Of a stretch of DNA of 64,000 bases, positions 19,126 to 28,168 are shown in pieces. The translations under genes and the position numbers were made by a program. How positions within the stretch are numbered: position 1 is the stretch's first letter; each line of letters starts with the position of its first letter. A model generated the notes under the pieces. The model was not told the origin of the DNA, ran no database searches, and saw only the letters and a list, made by a program, of their open reading frames with translations. Origin of the DNA: Gemmatimonadales bacterium (GTDB lineage: Bacteria; Gemmatimonadota; Gemmatimonadetes; Gemmatimonadales; GWC2-71-9); assembly GCA_037189525.1 (NCBI GenBank), contig JBBCJC010000002.1, positions 125,908 to 189,907 on the forward strand, written 5' to 3'.

Positions 19126-20504
19126 TCCGCCAGGATATCGAGGCTGGCGCGGCGCTCCGGCGGCACCGCGCTGGGCTTCCCGAGCACGCGGCGTACGAAG
19201 TCGTCCCACCAGTCCACTTGCGGCTCCCGCTGCCGGTACTGCGCCAGCGCCTCCCAGGTGCGCAGATGAATCACGGCGGCGCGCTTGGCCGCTTCCGCAC
19301 CGTCAACGCCTTCATGTTTGAGCCAGCGCCGGCCGATCTGCGTATGCAACACCTCGTCGGCCCAGTCGAAATCGTGAAAGTGGGCCGACAGTTCGTCGCC
19401 GGCCTCGATGGCGGTCCGATACTCGAATCGCTTCCCGGTGTCGCCGGGCATCAGCGACTGCTCGATGGCAAAGAGGAGGATCTGGCGTTCGAGCGGCGTG
19501 GCGTGACGATTGAGGCGCAGACCAAAGCCGACATTGAGCGGAATGCTGGTCCAGTCGATACCCTTGGCTTCGAACGCCACGGTCCCCATCATCGCGTGGC
19601 GCGCCTCGTCCCAGAGCTGACGAGCATACTCCAGGTGAAACTCCCAGGGAAGATCGGTCCGCTCGACCAGTACAGACGCCATCATCTCCGGCACGTCCAT
19701 TTCGAGCGTCCGCTTGGCGAGCAACGCGAGGTTGCGCTCATCGGCGGGCGCCGCGGGATCGTTATACACCGCGTGGGGCGGAAACTCGAAATTGTACTGT
19801 CCGGCAAACCGGGTATCCCGCACGGGAGTCTGGTCGGGCACGAACGGCGCCGTCGCACGAGCCGGAGGCAGAGTCCGCTCGGGCACCGGGTCGCTTCCCG
19901 ACACCCACCCGGCAGCGGCGAGATACTCGCGCAGGTGGCGTCCCCACTCGGCCGCGCGCCCCGCATCGTCCGACGATCGCGCCGTCGTGATGGCAATGGC
20001 CTCTTCGCCCCAATGCAGCAGGTCTTCGAGTTCGAGCAGTGCATGGCGAACCACCCGGCGAGACGGATGATCCACCAGGAGATTGGCCTGACGAAGAAAG
20101 GCGCGATACTCCTCGACCAGCGCCCGGATCGTGACGTCGTAAATGCCCGTCAGGATCTCGATCGTGCCGGATGATCTTACCAGTTCGTCGACGAAGCGAT
20201 CGAGCCGCTGGTCCGGCGTGGTATCGAGGGCCGGCACGGGATGGCGCATCTCTCCGATCCGCTGCCGGATCGCCTCGACGTGCTGGGCCGTGTACCACTG
20301 CGCCAGCGCCAGAGCGCATTTGACTTCCCACTCGGGCGTACCTGCAAGGTGCGCAAGAGCAGTTCGCATCACCGCGCGTTCGAGCCATTGGAACCGGAGC
20401 AAGCGCCGGACCGTGTCCTCGACCGAATAGCCGATTCGCGTCGCGTCCCGATAGCTGCCGAGTCCGGCCAGCTCCGGAATACCGATCGAGGGCGCGAACG
20501 ACAT
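19122..20504 (-). CDS. Ferritin-like / di-iron carboxylate superfamily protein (DUF455-like), uncharacterised
   Basis: 460 aa. Two ExxH motifs in predicted helices (DEARH at aa 299-303, DEVLH at aa 383-387), plus candidate bridging carboxylates (LEMDVPE, AIEQS). Family assignment is by pattern only. Confidence 0.6.
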   Translation of the reverse strand: MSFAPSIGIPELAGLGSYRDATRIGYSVEDTVRRLLRFQWLERAVMRTALAHLAGTPEWEVKCALALAQWYTAQHVEAIRQRIGEMRHPVPALDTTPDQRLDRFVDELVRSSGTIEILTGIYDVTIRALVEEYRAFLRQANLLVDHPSRRVVRHALLELEDLLHWGEEAIAITTARSSDDAGRAAEWGRHLREYLAAAGWVSGSDPVPERTLPPARATAPFVPDQTPVRDTRFAGQYNFEFPPHAVYNDPAAPADERNLALLAKRTLEMDVPEMMASVLVERTDLPWEFHLEYARQLWDEARHAMMGTVAFEAKGIDWTSIPLNVGFGLRLNRHATPLERQILLFAIEQSLMPGDTGKRFEYRTAIEAGDELSAHFHDFDWADEVLHTQIGRRWLKHEGVDGAEAAKRAAVIHLRTWEALAQYRQREPQVDWWDDFVRRVLGKPSAVPPERRASLDILAE

Positions 20505-20516
20505 GATATTAACCGG

Positions 20517-22484
20517 TCAGGTCGCGGGACCGAACTGCTGGGCGATCCACTCCATCCAGCGCTGGCGGACATCCCGCTGATGGACCGGATCGGGCGGGAA
20601 ATGCCCGCCGGTCGGGTACGCGATGAACTGAACCGGCGTACCGTTGTCCTTGAGCGCATAGTACAGCTTGTACGACTGCGTCACCGTCACCCGCGGATCG
20701 CCGGTCGTCGACAGAATCAGCGTCGGCGTCTTGATCTTGTGGGCATAGGCCATTGGAGACTGGCGCCAGTAGTTGGCCGCGTTGTCGTTGAGCCAGGGGG
20801 ACCCGCCCAGCCCGAAGCCCGACCAGGTGTTCATGTCGGCCAGCGTGTACCAGTCGAACCAGTCGGTCACCGCCGCGCCGGCAACGGCCGCCTTCCAAAC
20901 CTGATAGTGCGCCGTCAGCCACGCAGTCATGTAGCCGCCATACGACCAGCCGGACACCGCCATCTTGGATTCATCGATCAGGCCGCGCTTCTTGAGCGCC
21001 TCGACCCCGGACATCACGTCCCGGCCCGGCCCCTCGCCCGCGTCGTTGATGACCGCGCCCTGGAACTTGTCGCCCTGGTTGTTGCTGCCACGATAGTTCG
21101 GGCTGAAGACGATCCATCCTTGCGCAGCCAGCAGCTGATTGGGCGCCGACCATCCCTCGGCCGACGTTCCCATCGGGCCGCCGTGGATGTTGAGCACCAG
21201 CGGATACTTGCGACCGCTGGTGTAGCCGGGCGGATAGGTAATGACGCCGTTCTGGGTGAACCCGTCCGGTCCCTGCCAGGTGATCGTTTCGATCCGCCCG
21301 GTCTCGAGCCCCGCGATCGCGCCGTTCAGATCGGTGATTCGCCGCGGCTTTTCCGTCAACGACGCGGCGTAGTAAATCTCGCTCGGCCGGTTGGGTTCGC
21401 GGCCGACAAAGGCCACCGCGCCCGACCGGCTCAGCGTCAGATCCGAGGCATCGAGGTTCCCCAGCTCCAGCTGACGAACCTTCCCATCGAGCGGCTGCAC
21501 CCAGATCCGGTACCGTGTCAGATCGGGCCCGGTACCGACCACCGCCCGGCTGTCCGGCGTCCACTGGATGCCGCCGAAGTTCCGATCGAGCGCGGCGGTC
21601 ACGTCCCGCGCCTCACCGCCCTCGAGCGGCGCGACCAGCACGCCCGACGTGCGGAATCCGATTTCCGGCCCCCGGCTGGCACTCCACGCCACCCACCGAC
21701 CGTCCGGCGACACAGACCCGGCGACTCCGAATCCCTTTCGATCCGAAATGGTGCGCTCGGCCCCCGACCCTATGTCGCGAATGACCAACGTGCCGTTGAT
21801 GGCCTCACCCGAGTGCGGCTTGGGCCAGACGCCCAGCACGACCCGACGCCCATCCGGGGTCCATGACACCGACGCGATGTGCCGCGTTCCCGACGTGATC
21901 CGCGTCGGTGCACCGCCGTCGGCCGAGACGGTCCAGAGATGCGTGGGCAGCGTGGCCGCCTGATCGAGATAGCTGCTGTTGCCCACCTCGAACGACTTGT
22001 TGTGCCGCTCCTCGCCGGTGCGCTCGGGCGCCTCATCCCGGGTCAGAATCGCGAACGACTGTCCGTCGGGCCGCCAGACGTAGCTGCCGACACCCTGCTT
22101 GACCGAGGTGATCCGGCGGGCCTCTCCGCCGCCCAGGGGCAGCACATAGAGCTGGGTTTCTTTCCCTTCCTCCCGGTCGAGGAAAGCCAGCCGATCGCCG
22201 CTCGGCGACCACTCGGCCGACCCGACGTTGCGGCGACCGGGGGCCAGTTCGCGCGAGGTGCCGGTGGCGGCATCGATCAGGACGAGGGACCGCTCGAACC
22301 GGTTGTCCGCATAGTTGGTCCGCGTCAGAACGGCGACCACCTGCCGGCCATCCGGCGAGAGCCGGACGCTCGAGACGCTCACCTCGCGACCGAGATCGTT
22401 GAGTTCGAACCGCCGCCCCTGCGCCGGCGTCTCGACGGTCCATGTCAGCAATAGAACTGCAAATGCTCCAGTTACGAAGCGCAT
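20517..22484 (-). CDS. S9 family serine peptidase (acylaminoacyl-peptidase/prolyl oligopeptidase-like) with PD40 propeller
   Basis: Signal peptide MRFVTGAFAVLLLTWTVETPAQG. GWSYGGYM nucleophile elbow. N-terminal SPDG repeats. Confidence 0.9.
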   Translation of the reverse strand: MRFVTGAFAVLLLTWTVETPAQGRRFELNDLGREVSVSSVRLSPDGRQVVAVLTRTNYADNRFERSLVLIDAATGTSRELAPGRRNVGSAEWSPSGDRLAFLDREEGKETQLYVLPLGGGEARRITSVKQGVGSYVWRPDGQSFAILTRDEAPERTGEERHNKSFEVGNSSYLDQAATLPTHLWTVSADGGAPTRITSGTRHIASVSWTPDGRRVVLGVWPKPHSGEAINGTLVIRDIGSGAERTISDRKGFGVAGSVSPDGRWVAWSASRGPEIGFRTSGVLVAPLEGGEARDVTAALDRNFGGIQWTPDSRAVVGTGPDLTRYRIWVQPLDGKVRQLELGNLDASDLTLSRSGAVAFVGREPNRPSEIYYAASLTEKPRRITDLNGAIAGLETGRIETITWQGPDGFTQNGVITYPPGYTSGRKYPLVLNIHGGPMGTSAEGWSAPNQLLAAQGWIVFSPNYRGSNNQGDKFQGAVINDAGEGPGRDVMSGVEALKKRGLIDESKMAVSGWSYGGYMTAWLTAHYQVWKAAVAGAAVTDWFDWYTLADMNTWSGFGLGGSPWLNDNAANYWRQSPMAYAHKIKTPTLILSTTGDPRVTVTQSYKLYYALKDNGTPVQFIAYPTGGHFPPDPVHQRDVRQRWMEWIAQQFGPAT

Positions 22485-22589
22485 CGGGTGATCTCCCCAG
22501 AAGGATGGCAGTATCAGATTGCAATCTATCGTCATCCGGACACCGGCGGGGTTAATGACGCCGGACAACGAGGCCTGCCCCGGTCCCGC

Positions 22590-24632
22590 CTATTCGTCCG
22601 TCGAACGACCCACCCGCCACAGCACAAAGGCATAATCGGTCGCGATTTCGCGCAGGCGATCGTACCGCCCCGACGCCCCCGAGTGCCCGGCATCGAGATT
22701 GGTGAGCAGCACCGCCGGACGCCGATCGGTATCGAGCATGCGCAGCTTAGCGACGTACTTGGCCGGCTCCCAGTACATCACTTGGCTGTCGTTCAGGGAG
22801 CTCCGGATCAGAAGGGCGGGATACGAACCGGGACGCAGATTGGTATACGGGCAGTAGCTCCGGATCCAACGAAACTGTTCCTCGAGTTCCGGATTGCCCC
22901 ACTCCTCATACTCACCTACCGTGAGCGGGAGGGACGCATCGCGCATCGTATTGAGCACATCGACGAACGGCACCTGGAGAATGGCCGCGCCGGCCAGATC
23001 GGGACGCAGGTTGAGCACCGCCCCCATCAGCAGTCCGCCGGCGCTGCCGCCCTCGATCACCAGCTCCGCCGGCGTAGTCCGACCGGTGGCCGCGAGGTGA
23101 TCCGCGCAGGCGATGAAATCGGTGAACGAGTTGCTCTTCTGACCCATCTTGCCGGCATCATGCCACGGTCGTCCCAACTCGCCGCCGCCACGCACATGCG
23201 CCACCGCGAACGCGACACCCCGATCGAGTAGGCTGAGACGATTGGAGGTGAACGAGACCGGATAGGGAATGCCGTAGGCCCCATACCCCGTCAGATACGT
23301 CGGGGTCGGCCGCGGCGGGCCGGCCAACCGCACCAGCGAAATCGGGATCCGGACACCGTCCGATGCCACGGCAAAGAGGCGCTCGCTCACGTACCGGGAC
23401 GGGTCGTAGTCGCCCAGTACTTCCTTGCGCTTGAGCAACACGGACACGTGCGCCACCATATCGTACTCGTAGACCGACGACGAGGTCACGAACGATTCGT
23501 AACGATAGCGGAACCGGGTCGCGTCCCACTCGAGATTGGTCGTCGAACTGACGTCGTACACCTCCTCGGCGAAATCGATGAGGCGTCCGACCGGGCTCTC
23601 GATCGGGCCGACTCGGATCCGCGGCAAGCCTTCGCTTCGCTCCCAGGCGACCCAATGGCCGGCATAGCACTCGAACCCTTCGAGCATCACGCCGAGATGC
23701 GCCGGCAGGAATTCGGTCCAGTTCGCCTCGTCGGGCGAAGCCACCGGCGCGGTAACGATCCGAAACGTCGGCGCTGTATCGTTGACGCGGATGAAGAAAC
23801 GATCGCCGTGATGATCGATGTCGTACTCGCGGTCCTGCTGCCGAGGCGCAACGATACGCCAGGCGCCATCGGGTGCGGCCGCTTGGAGCACACGCGCTTC
23901 GGTCGTGACGTGGCTTGCCGCGTACATCACCAGATACTGCCGGCTCCGGGTCCGGGTCACGAAGACCCGGAAGCGTTCATCCTCCTCTTCGTACACCAGC
24001 CGCACCGGGGCGCCGTCGATGCCGGCCGCGTACATCCGGTACTCGCGCTTGGTGACGGGATCGTCCACCGTATAAAAGAACGACCGGCTGTCCGCCGCCC
24101 ATGCGAAGGAACCGACCCGCTCGACGGGCACGATCCGGGCTTCGCCGGTCGTGAGGTCCTTGATGTGCAGGGTGTATTCGCGAAACCCTGTCGTATCGAG
24201 CGCGTAGGCAAGCAGCCGGGCATCGGGACTGACGGCATAGACGCCCAGGCCCATGAACGCGTGCCCTTGGGCCAGCGCATTCAGATCGAGCAGGACTTCC
24301 TCGGGCGCCTCCATACTGCCCTGCCGGCGGGCATAGATCGAATACTGCTGACCTTCGACCGTGCGCGAGTAGTACCAGTATTCTCCGTCGCGGTACGGCA
24401 CGCTGAGATCCGTCTGCCTGATCCGCGCCAGCATCTCCTCATACAGCCTCGACTCCAACCCGGCCAGCGGCGCCAGTACCTCCTGGCCGTACGCATTCTC
24501 GGCCTCGAGATAGGCACGCACTTCGGGATCGTCCCGCCGGCGCATCCAGGCATAATCGTCGTGGAATGTCTCTCCGTGCATCGAGAAGGTGGTCGGCTCA
24601 CACCGCGCCACCGGCGGTAATTGCGTCGTCAT
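22590..24632 (-). CDS. ptrB: Oligopeptidase B (S9A family)
   Basis: N-terminal PPVA...HG...DDYAWMRRRDDPEV. GGSAGGLLMGAV nucleophile motif. 680 aa. Confidence 0.85.
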   Translation of the reverse strand: MTTQLPPVARCEPTTFSMHGETFHDDYAWMRRRDDPEVRAYLEAENAYGQEVLAPLAGLESRLYEEMLARIRQTDLSVPYRDGEYWYYSRTVEGQQYSIYARRQGSMEAPEEVLLDLNALAQGHAFMGLGVYAVSPDARLLAYALDTTGFREYTLHIKDLTTGEARIVPVERVGSFAWAADSRSFFYTVDDPVTKREYRMYAAGIDGAPVRLVYEEEDERFRVFVTRTRSRQYLVMYAASHVTTEARVLQAAAPDGAWRIVAPRQQDREYDIDHHGDRFFIRVNDTAPTFRIVTAPVASPDEANWTEFLPAHLGVMLEGFECYAGHWVAWERSEGLPRIRVGPIESPVGRLIDFAEEVYDVSSTTNLEWDATRFRYRYESFVTSSSVYEYDMVAHVSVLLKRKEVLGDYDPSRYVSERLFAVASDGVRIPISLVRLAGPPRPTPTYLTGYGAYGIPYPVSFTSNRLSLLDRGVAFAVAHVRGGGELGRPWHDAGKMGQKSNSFTDFIACADHLAATGRTTPAELVIEGGSAGGLLMGAVLNLRPDLAGAAILQVPFVDVLNTMRDASLPLTVGEYEEWGNPELEEQFRWIRSYCPYTNLRPGSYPALLIRSSLNDSQVMYWEPAKYVAKLRMLDTDRRPAVLLTNLDAGHSGASGRYDRLREIATDYAFVLWRVGRSTDE

Positions 24633-24641
24633 GCAGAGACC

Positions 24642-25373
24642 TCAGATTTCGGCGTGGGGCCAGGCCTGCCGGATCAGATCCGGCAGCACCGTTCCCGCCG
24701 GACCGATCAGATGATGGATACTCGCCCCGCTGCGTTGACCGTCTGTCGCCGTGTTCACGACCACCACGACCGCGCCGGCCGCCGCTGCCAGCCAGGGGAG
24801 TGATGCCGCCGGTTCGACGACGTTCGAAGTGCCGACGGACAGGAACAGATCCGCCGACTCTGCCGCTCTCTGCGCACGGCGCAGCGCTTGCGCAGGCAGC
24901 ATCTCGCCGAACCAGACGACATCCGGCCGGAGCCATCCGCCGCAGTCGGCGCACGACGGCACCCGGTCGGTATCCGCAAACTCCGTGACGTGTCGTCCGC
25001 AATCGAAGCATTTAATCCGGGCAATGTTGCCGTGCAGCTCGACCGGATCCCGGCTGCCGGCCCTGCGATGCAGTCCATCGACGTTCTGGGTGATCAACGT
25101 GACATCCGGCGCCAGCCGTTCCAGCGCAGCGAGCGCACGGTGGCCCGGGTTCGGCTCCGCGTTGGCCACGGCCAGGCGGCGTGACCGATACCAGCTCCAC
25201 ACCAGGTCCGGATTCCGCCGAAACCCCTCGGGCGTCGCCAGTTCCTCCGGCGAATAGTCGGCCCACAGCCCCGTCAACGCGTCACGAAAGGTCGGGATGC
25301 CGCTTTCCGCCGAGATACCGGCGCCCGTCAGCACGGCAACGCGCTGCGCACGCCGGAGCACCTCAACGACCAA
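24642..25373 (-). CDS. cobB: NAD-dependent protein deacylase (Sir2/CobB family)
   Basis: VLTGAGISAESGIPTFRD, QNVDGLH, and a Zn ribbon (CFDCG...CADCGGWLRPDVVWFGE). The 332-aa ORF overlaps the GNAT gene, so I place the start at TTG 25373 (LVVEVLRRAQ...). The start is uncertain. Confidence 0.8.
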   Translation of the reverse strand: MVVEVLRRAQRVAVLTGAGISAESGIPTFRDALTGLWADYSPEELATPEGFRRNPDLVWSWYRSRRLAVANAEPNPGHRALAALERLAPDVTLITQNVDGLHRRAGSRDPVELHGNIARIKCFDCGRHVTEFADTDRVPSCADCGGWLRPDVVWFGEMLPAQALRRAQRAAESADLFLSVGTSNVVEPAASLPWLAAAAGAVVVVVNTATDGQRSGASIHHLIGPAGTVLPDLIRQAWPHAEI

Positions 25374-25950
25374 GTCTCGCCTCCAGCTTTGCCTTGGCTT
25401 CGGGCCACTCGGTGGCCAGGATGCTGTAGTAGACGGTATCCCGGTAGACGCCGTCCCACCGCAAACTGTGGTGACGAAGGACCCCTTCACGCACCCCACC
25501 GATCCGCTCGATGGCCTGCTGGGACTGCTGATTTCGGCCATCTGTCTTGAACTGGATTCTGAGCGCCCCCAGATCCTCGATGGCATGGCGAAGCAGGAGA
25601 TATTTGCACTCGGTGTTAATCGGCGTCCGCTGCGCGGCAAGGCTCAGCCAGGTCCAGCCGATTTCGAGCGCGCGATCGCCGTGGCGGATTTCCAGGAACC
25701 GGGTCGACCCGATGGCGCGATCGGCGCGGGCATCGATAATGGCAAAGGGGACTTCGCTCCTGTCCGCGGCGGCCCGCCAGGCCCGGTCGATGATGGCAAT
25801 CATCGCCTCGCGATCACGGGGACGAGGCGTCGGCATATAGCGCCAGATCAGATCATCGGCGCCGGCCTCGATCAGCTGGTCGGCATGGTCGTGGTCGAGC
25901 GGCTCGAGGCGAACATGCTCGCCGTAGAGCACCACGGGCGTCGGATTCAT
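25363..25950 (-). CDS. GNAT family N-acetyltransferase (RimJ/RimL-like)
   Basis: MNPTPVVLYGEHVRLEPLDHDHADQL... matches the Acetyltransf_3 pattern. 195 aa. Confidence 0.8.
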   Translation of the reverse strand: MNPTPVVLYGEHVRLEPLDHDHADQLIEAGADDLIWRYMPTPRPRDREAMIAIIDRAWRAAADRSEVPFAIIDARADRAIGSTRFLEIRHGDRALEIGWTWLSLAAQRTPINTECKYLLLRHAIEDLGALRIQFKTDGRNQQSQQAIERIGGVREGVLRHHSLRWDGVYRDTVYYSILATEWPEAKAKLEARLGR

Positions 25951-26057
25951 CGATGGCTCGGTCGTCGGGAGTGAAGGCGGTGCAATCTATCACGCCCCCC
26001 TCATCCGAAGTACAACAGGACTTGTCACCGATGCCCGGTCTGCCGACCCTTCACCCG

Positions 26058-27548
26058 ATGAGTACGGACCTGTTGTTCGAACGCGCGGCGCGGTTCGGCG
26101 CCCGGACCGCCATCGTGGACCCGACCGGCGCGTACAGCTACGACACGCTGGCGGCCCGCACCGATGCCGTGGCCGCCGGCTTGGTCGAACGCGGGGTCCG
26201 GCCGGGTGACCGGGTCGCCTATCTGATCGAGCCCGGCTTCGACCATGTCGCCGTCCAGTGGGGAGTCTGGCGGGCGGGCGCCATTGCCGTGCCGCTCGCG
26301 ACCTCGCATCCCGAACGGGAACTGGCCCACGTCCTCGACGATGCGACGCCGTCGGCCGTCGTCGCCGGTAGAGGAGAGTATCTCGATCGGGTCGCCGGGT
26401 TGGCCGGAGAACGCCGCATCCCGGTCTCGACCCCAGGCGATCTCCAGCCCGACGACGTACCCACCTTGCCGCAGGTCCGCGCCGAACATCCGGCGTTGGT
26501 GATTTACACCAGCGGAACGACGGGTCGTCCGAAAGGTGTCGTCACTACGCACGCCAATCTGCGAGCCCAGATCACGACGCTGGTGGCCGCGTGGGAATGG
26601 CGGGACACCGATCGGAGCCTGCACGTCCTGCCGCTCCATCATATCCACGGCGTCATCAACGCCCTGTCCTCGGCGCTGTGGTGCGGAGCCGCCGTCGAGT
26701 TCCTCACGCCCTTCGATGCGCTCCAGGCGTGGGCGCGGCTCGGTTCGGGCGAGATCACCTTCTTCACGGCGGTCCCGACCGTCTACGCTCGGCTGATCGG
26801 CGCCTGGGACGCGAGCGATCCGGCCCTCCGGCGATACTGGCGGCGCGGCCTCGACCGGGTTCGCGTGATGTGCTCCGGATCGGCGGCATTGCCGGTGTCG
26901 ACCCTCGAGCATTGGGAGACCATGACGGGCCACCGCCTGCTCGAGCGCTACGGCATGACGGAAATCGGAATGGCGCTTGGCAACCCGCTCCACGGCCAGC
27001 GACGCGCCGGCACCGTGGGAGTTCCGTTTCCCGATGTGGCGCTCCGCCTGGTCGACGAAACGGGCCAGGTCGTGCCGGACGGCGTGGTGGGAGAAATCGA
27101 AGTCCAGAGCGCGCAAGTGTTCCGCGAATACTGGCAGCGCCCCGAAGAAACGGCCAAGGCGTTCCGCAACGACTGGTTCATTACCGGCGACGTGGGCATC
27201 CGCGAAGACGGCTACTATCGCCTGCTGGGCAGACGCAGCGTCGATATCATCAAATCAGCCGGCTACAAACTCTCCGCGCTCGAAATCGAGGAGGCCATCC
27301 GGGAACACCCGGAGGTGGCCGACTGCGCCGTGGTCGGGCTGGAGGATGCGGACCTGGGCGAAAAAGTAGCGGCGCTGATCGTCTGTCGCGGCTCCGCATC
27401 GGTCGAACCCGATCCGTTCCGCGCCTGGCTCAAGACCCGCATGGCGGCCTACAAGGTCCCCCGGATCATCGCCTTTGCCAACGAGTTGCCGCGCAACGCG
27501 ATGGGCAAGGTGACCAAGACCGCGGTACGCGACGCGCTCCGAAGCTAG
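26058..27548 (+). CDS. AMP-forming acyl-CoA synthetase/ligase
   Basis: AMP-binding motif IYTSGTTGRPKGV, GYYRLLGR, and C-terminal PRNAMGKV. The start is ATG 26058 or 26031. Confidence 0.9.
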   Translation: MSTDLLFERAARFGARTAIVDPTGAYSYDTLAARTDAVAAGLVERGVRPGDRVAYLIEPGFDHVAVQWGVWRAGAIAVPLATSHPERELAHVLDDATPSAVVAGRGEYLDRVAGLAGERRIPVSTPGDLQPDDVPTLPQVRAEHPALVIYTSGTTGRPKGVVTTHANLRAQITTLVAAWEWRDTDRSLHVLPLHHIHGVINALSSALWCGAAVEFLTPFDALQAWARLGSGEITFFTAVPTVYARLIGAWDASDPALRRYWRRGLDRVRVMCSGSAALPVSTLEHWETMTGHRLLERYGMTEIGMALGNPLHGQRRAGTVGVPFPDVALRLVDETGQVVPDGVVGEIEVQSAQVFREYWQRPEETAKAFRNDWFITGDVGIREDGYYRLLGRRSVDIIKSAGYKLSALEIEEAIREHPEVADCAVVGLEDADLGEKVAALIVCRGSASVEPDPFRAWLKTRMAAYKVPRIIAFANELPRNAMGKVTKTAVRDALRS

Positions 27549-28078
27549 CGAGGTTCGGCCGGCGCCTCTTGGATCCTGGCGGTGCGCGCGCGACGGAACA
27601 GGATGGCAATACCCGCCAGACACGACACCGTCATCAGCATGAACGCCACCATGCGAATGGTACGGGCAATCGCCTGATCACTGCCGAGCAGGTCGAATTC
27701 CGCCAGCAGATAGGTCCAATCGTGCTCCCCGCCGCCGACCAGCGGCAGTTCCTGCGCACGGGCATCCGCGACGTACCGCGCAATGTTCCAACCGTTCTGG
27801 CCGAGCCACCAGATCGACACGGTGACGGCGTGCCAATCGCGCTGCCGGGCAAAGTACACTGCAAAGACGAGCGGAAAGATCAGCTGCAGCAAGGTCCCGC
27901 CGAACGCGGCCAGGCGCTCTCCACCCCACCCGAAGAGGAGGTGGCCCGTCTCGTGGATTGCGAGGTCGACATCGTCGAGCCAGGTGTAACTGTCTGGGCT
28001 CCGCATGATCCAGAGCCCGAAGATGAACAGCAGAATCGTGACCCCGACCCGCAGGGCCTCTTCGTTCCGACTCGACAT
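27545..28078 (-). CDS. Integral membrane protein with HExxH zincin-like motif
   Basis: 177 aa with 4-5 hydrophobic helices. AIHETGHLL (HExxH) sits at the end of the first loop. Confidence 0.6.
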   Translation of the reverse strand: MSSRNEEALRVGVTILLFIFGLWIMRSPDSYTWLDDVDLAIHETGHLLFGWGGERLAAFGGTLLQLIFPLVFAVYFARQRDWHAVTVSIWWLGQNGWNIARYVADARAQELPLVGGGEHDWTYLLAEFDLLGSDQAIARTIRMVAFMLMTVSCLAGIAILFRRARTARIQEAPAEPR

Positions 28079-28168
28079 CGCGGTCTCGGATAGCGGAAAC
28101 CAGCAATTTACCAGGACGGCGGCTCACCCTCGCGCATCCCGACGCCAGGTACCTACTTTTCCCGACCC

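Noticed and set aside
17257-19269. 670-aa plus-strand ORF antisense to GH38
   Set aside because: Same reasoning. Its composition is Arg/Pro/Gly-rich and low-information, whereas the opposite strand carries the GH38 HWDREW signature and a coupled upstream gene.
24642-25373. Sir2 domain as an anti-phage defence effector (Thoeris/DSR-like)
   Set aside because: The protein has the compact CobB/SIRT5-type architecture with an intact Zn ribbon and no extra sensor or effector domains. Its context (GNAT plus acyl-CoA synthetase) fits metabolic deacylation.
25374-25640. N-terminal extension of the sirtuin ORF (332-aa version)
   Set aside because: It overlaps the GNAT gene for about 270 nt and adds non-homologous sequence upstream of the conserved GAGISAESGIP start region. 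A shorter TTG-initiated protein fits the CobB family length.
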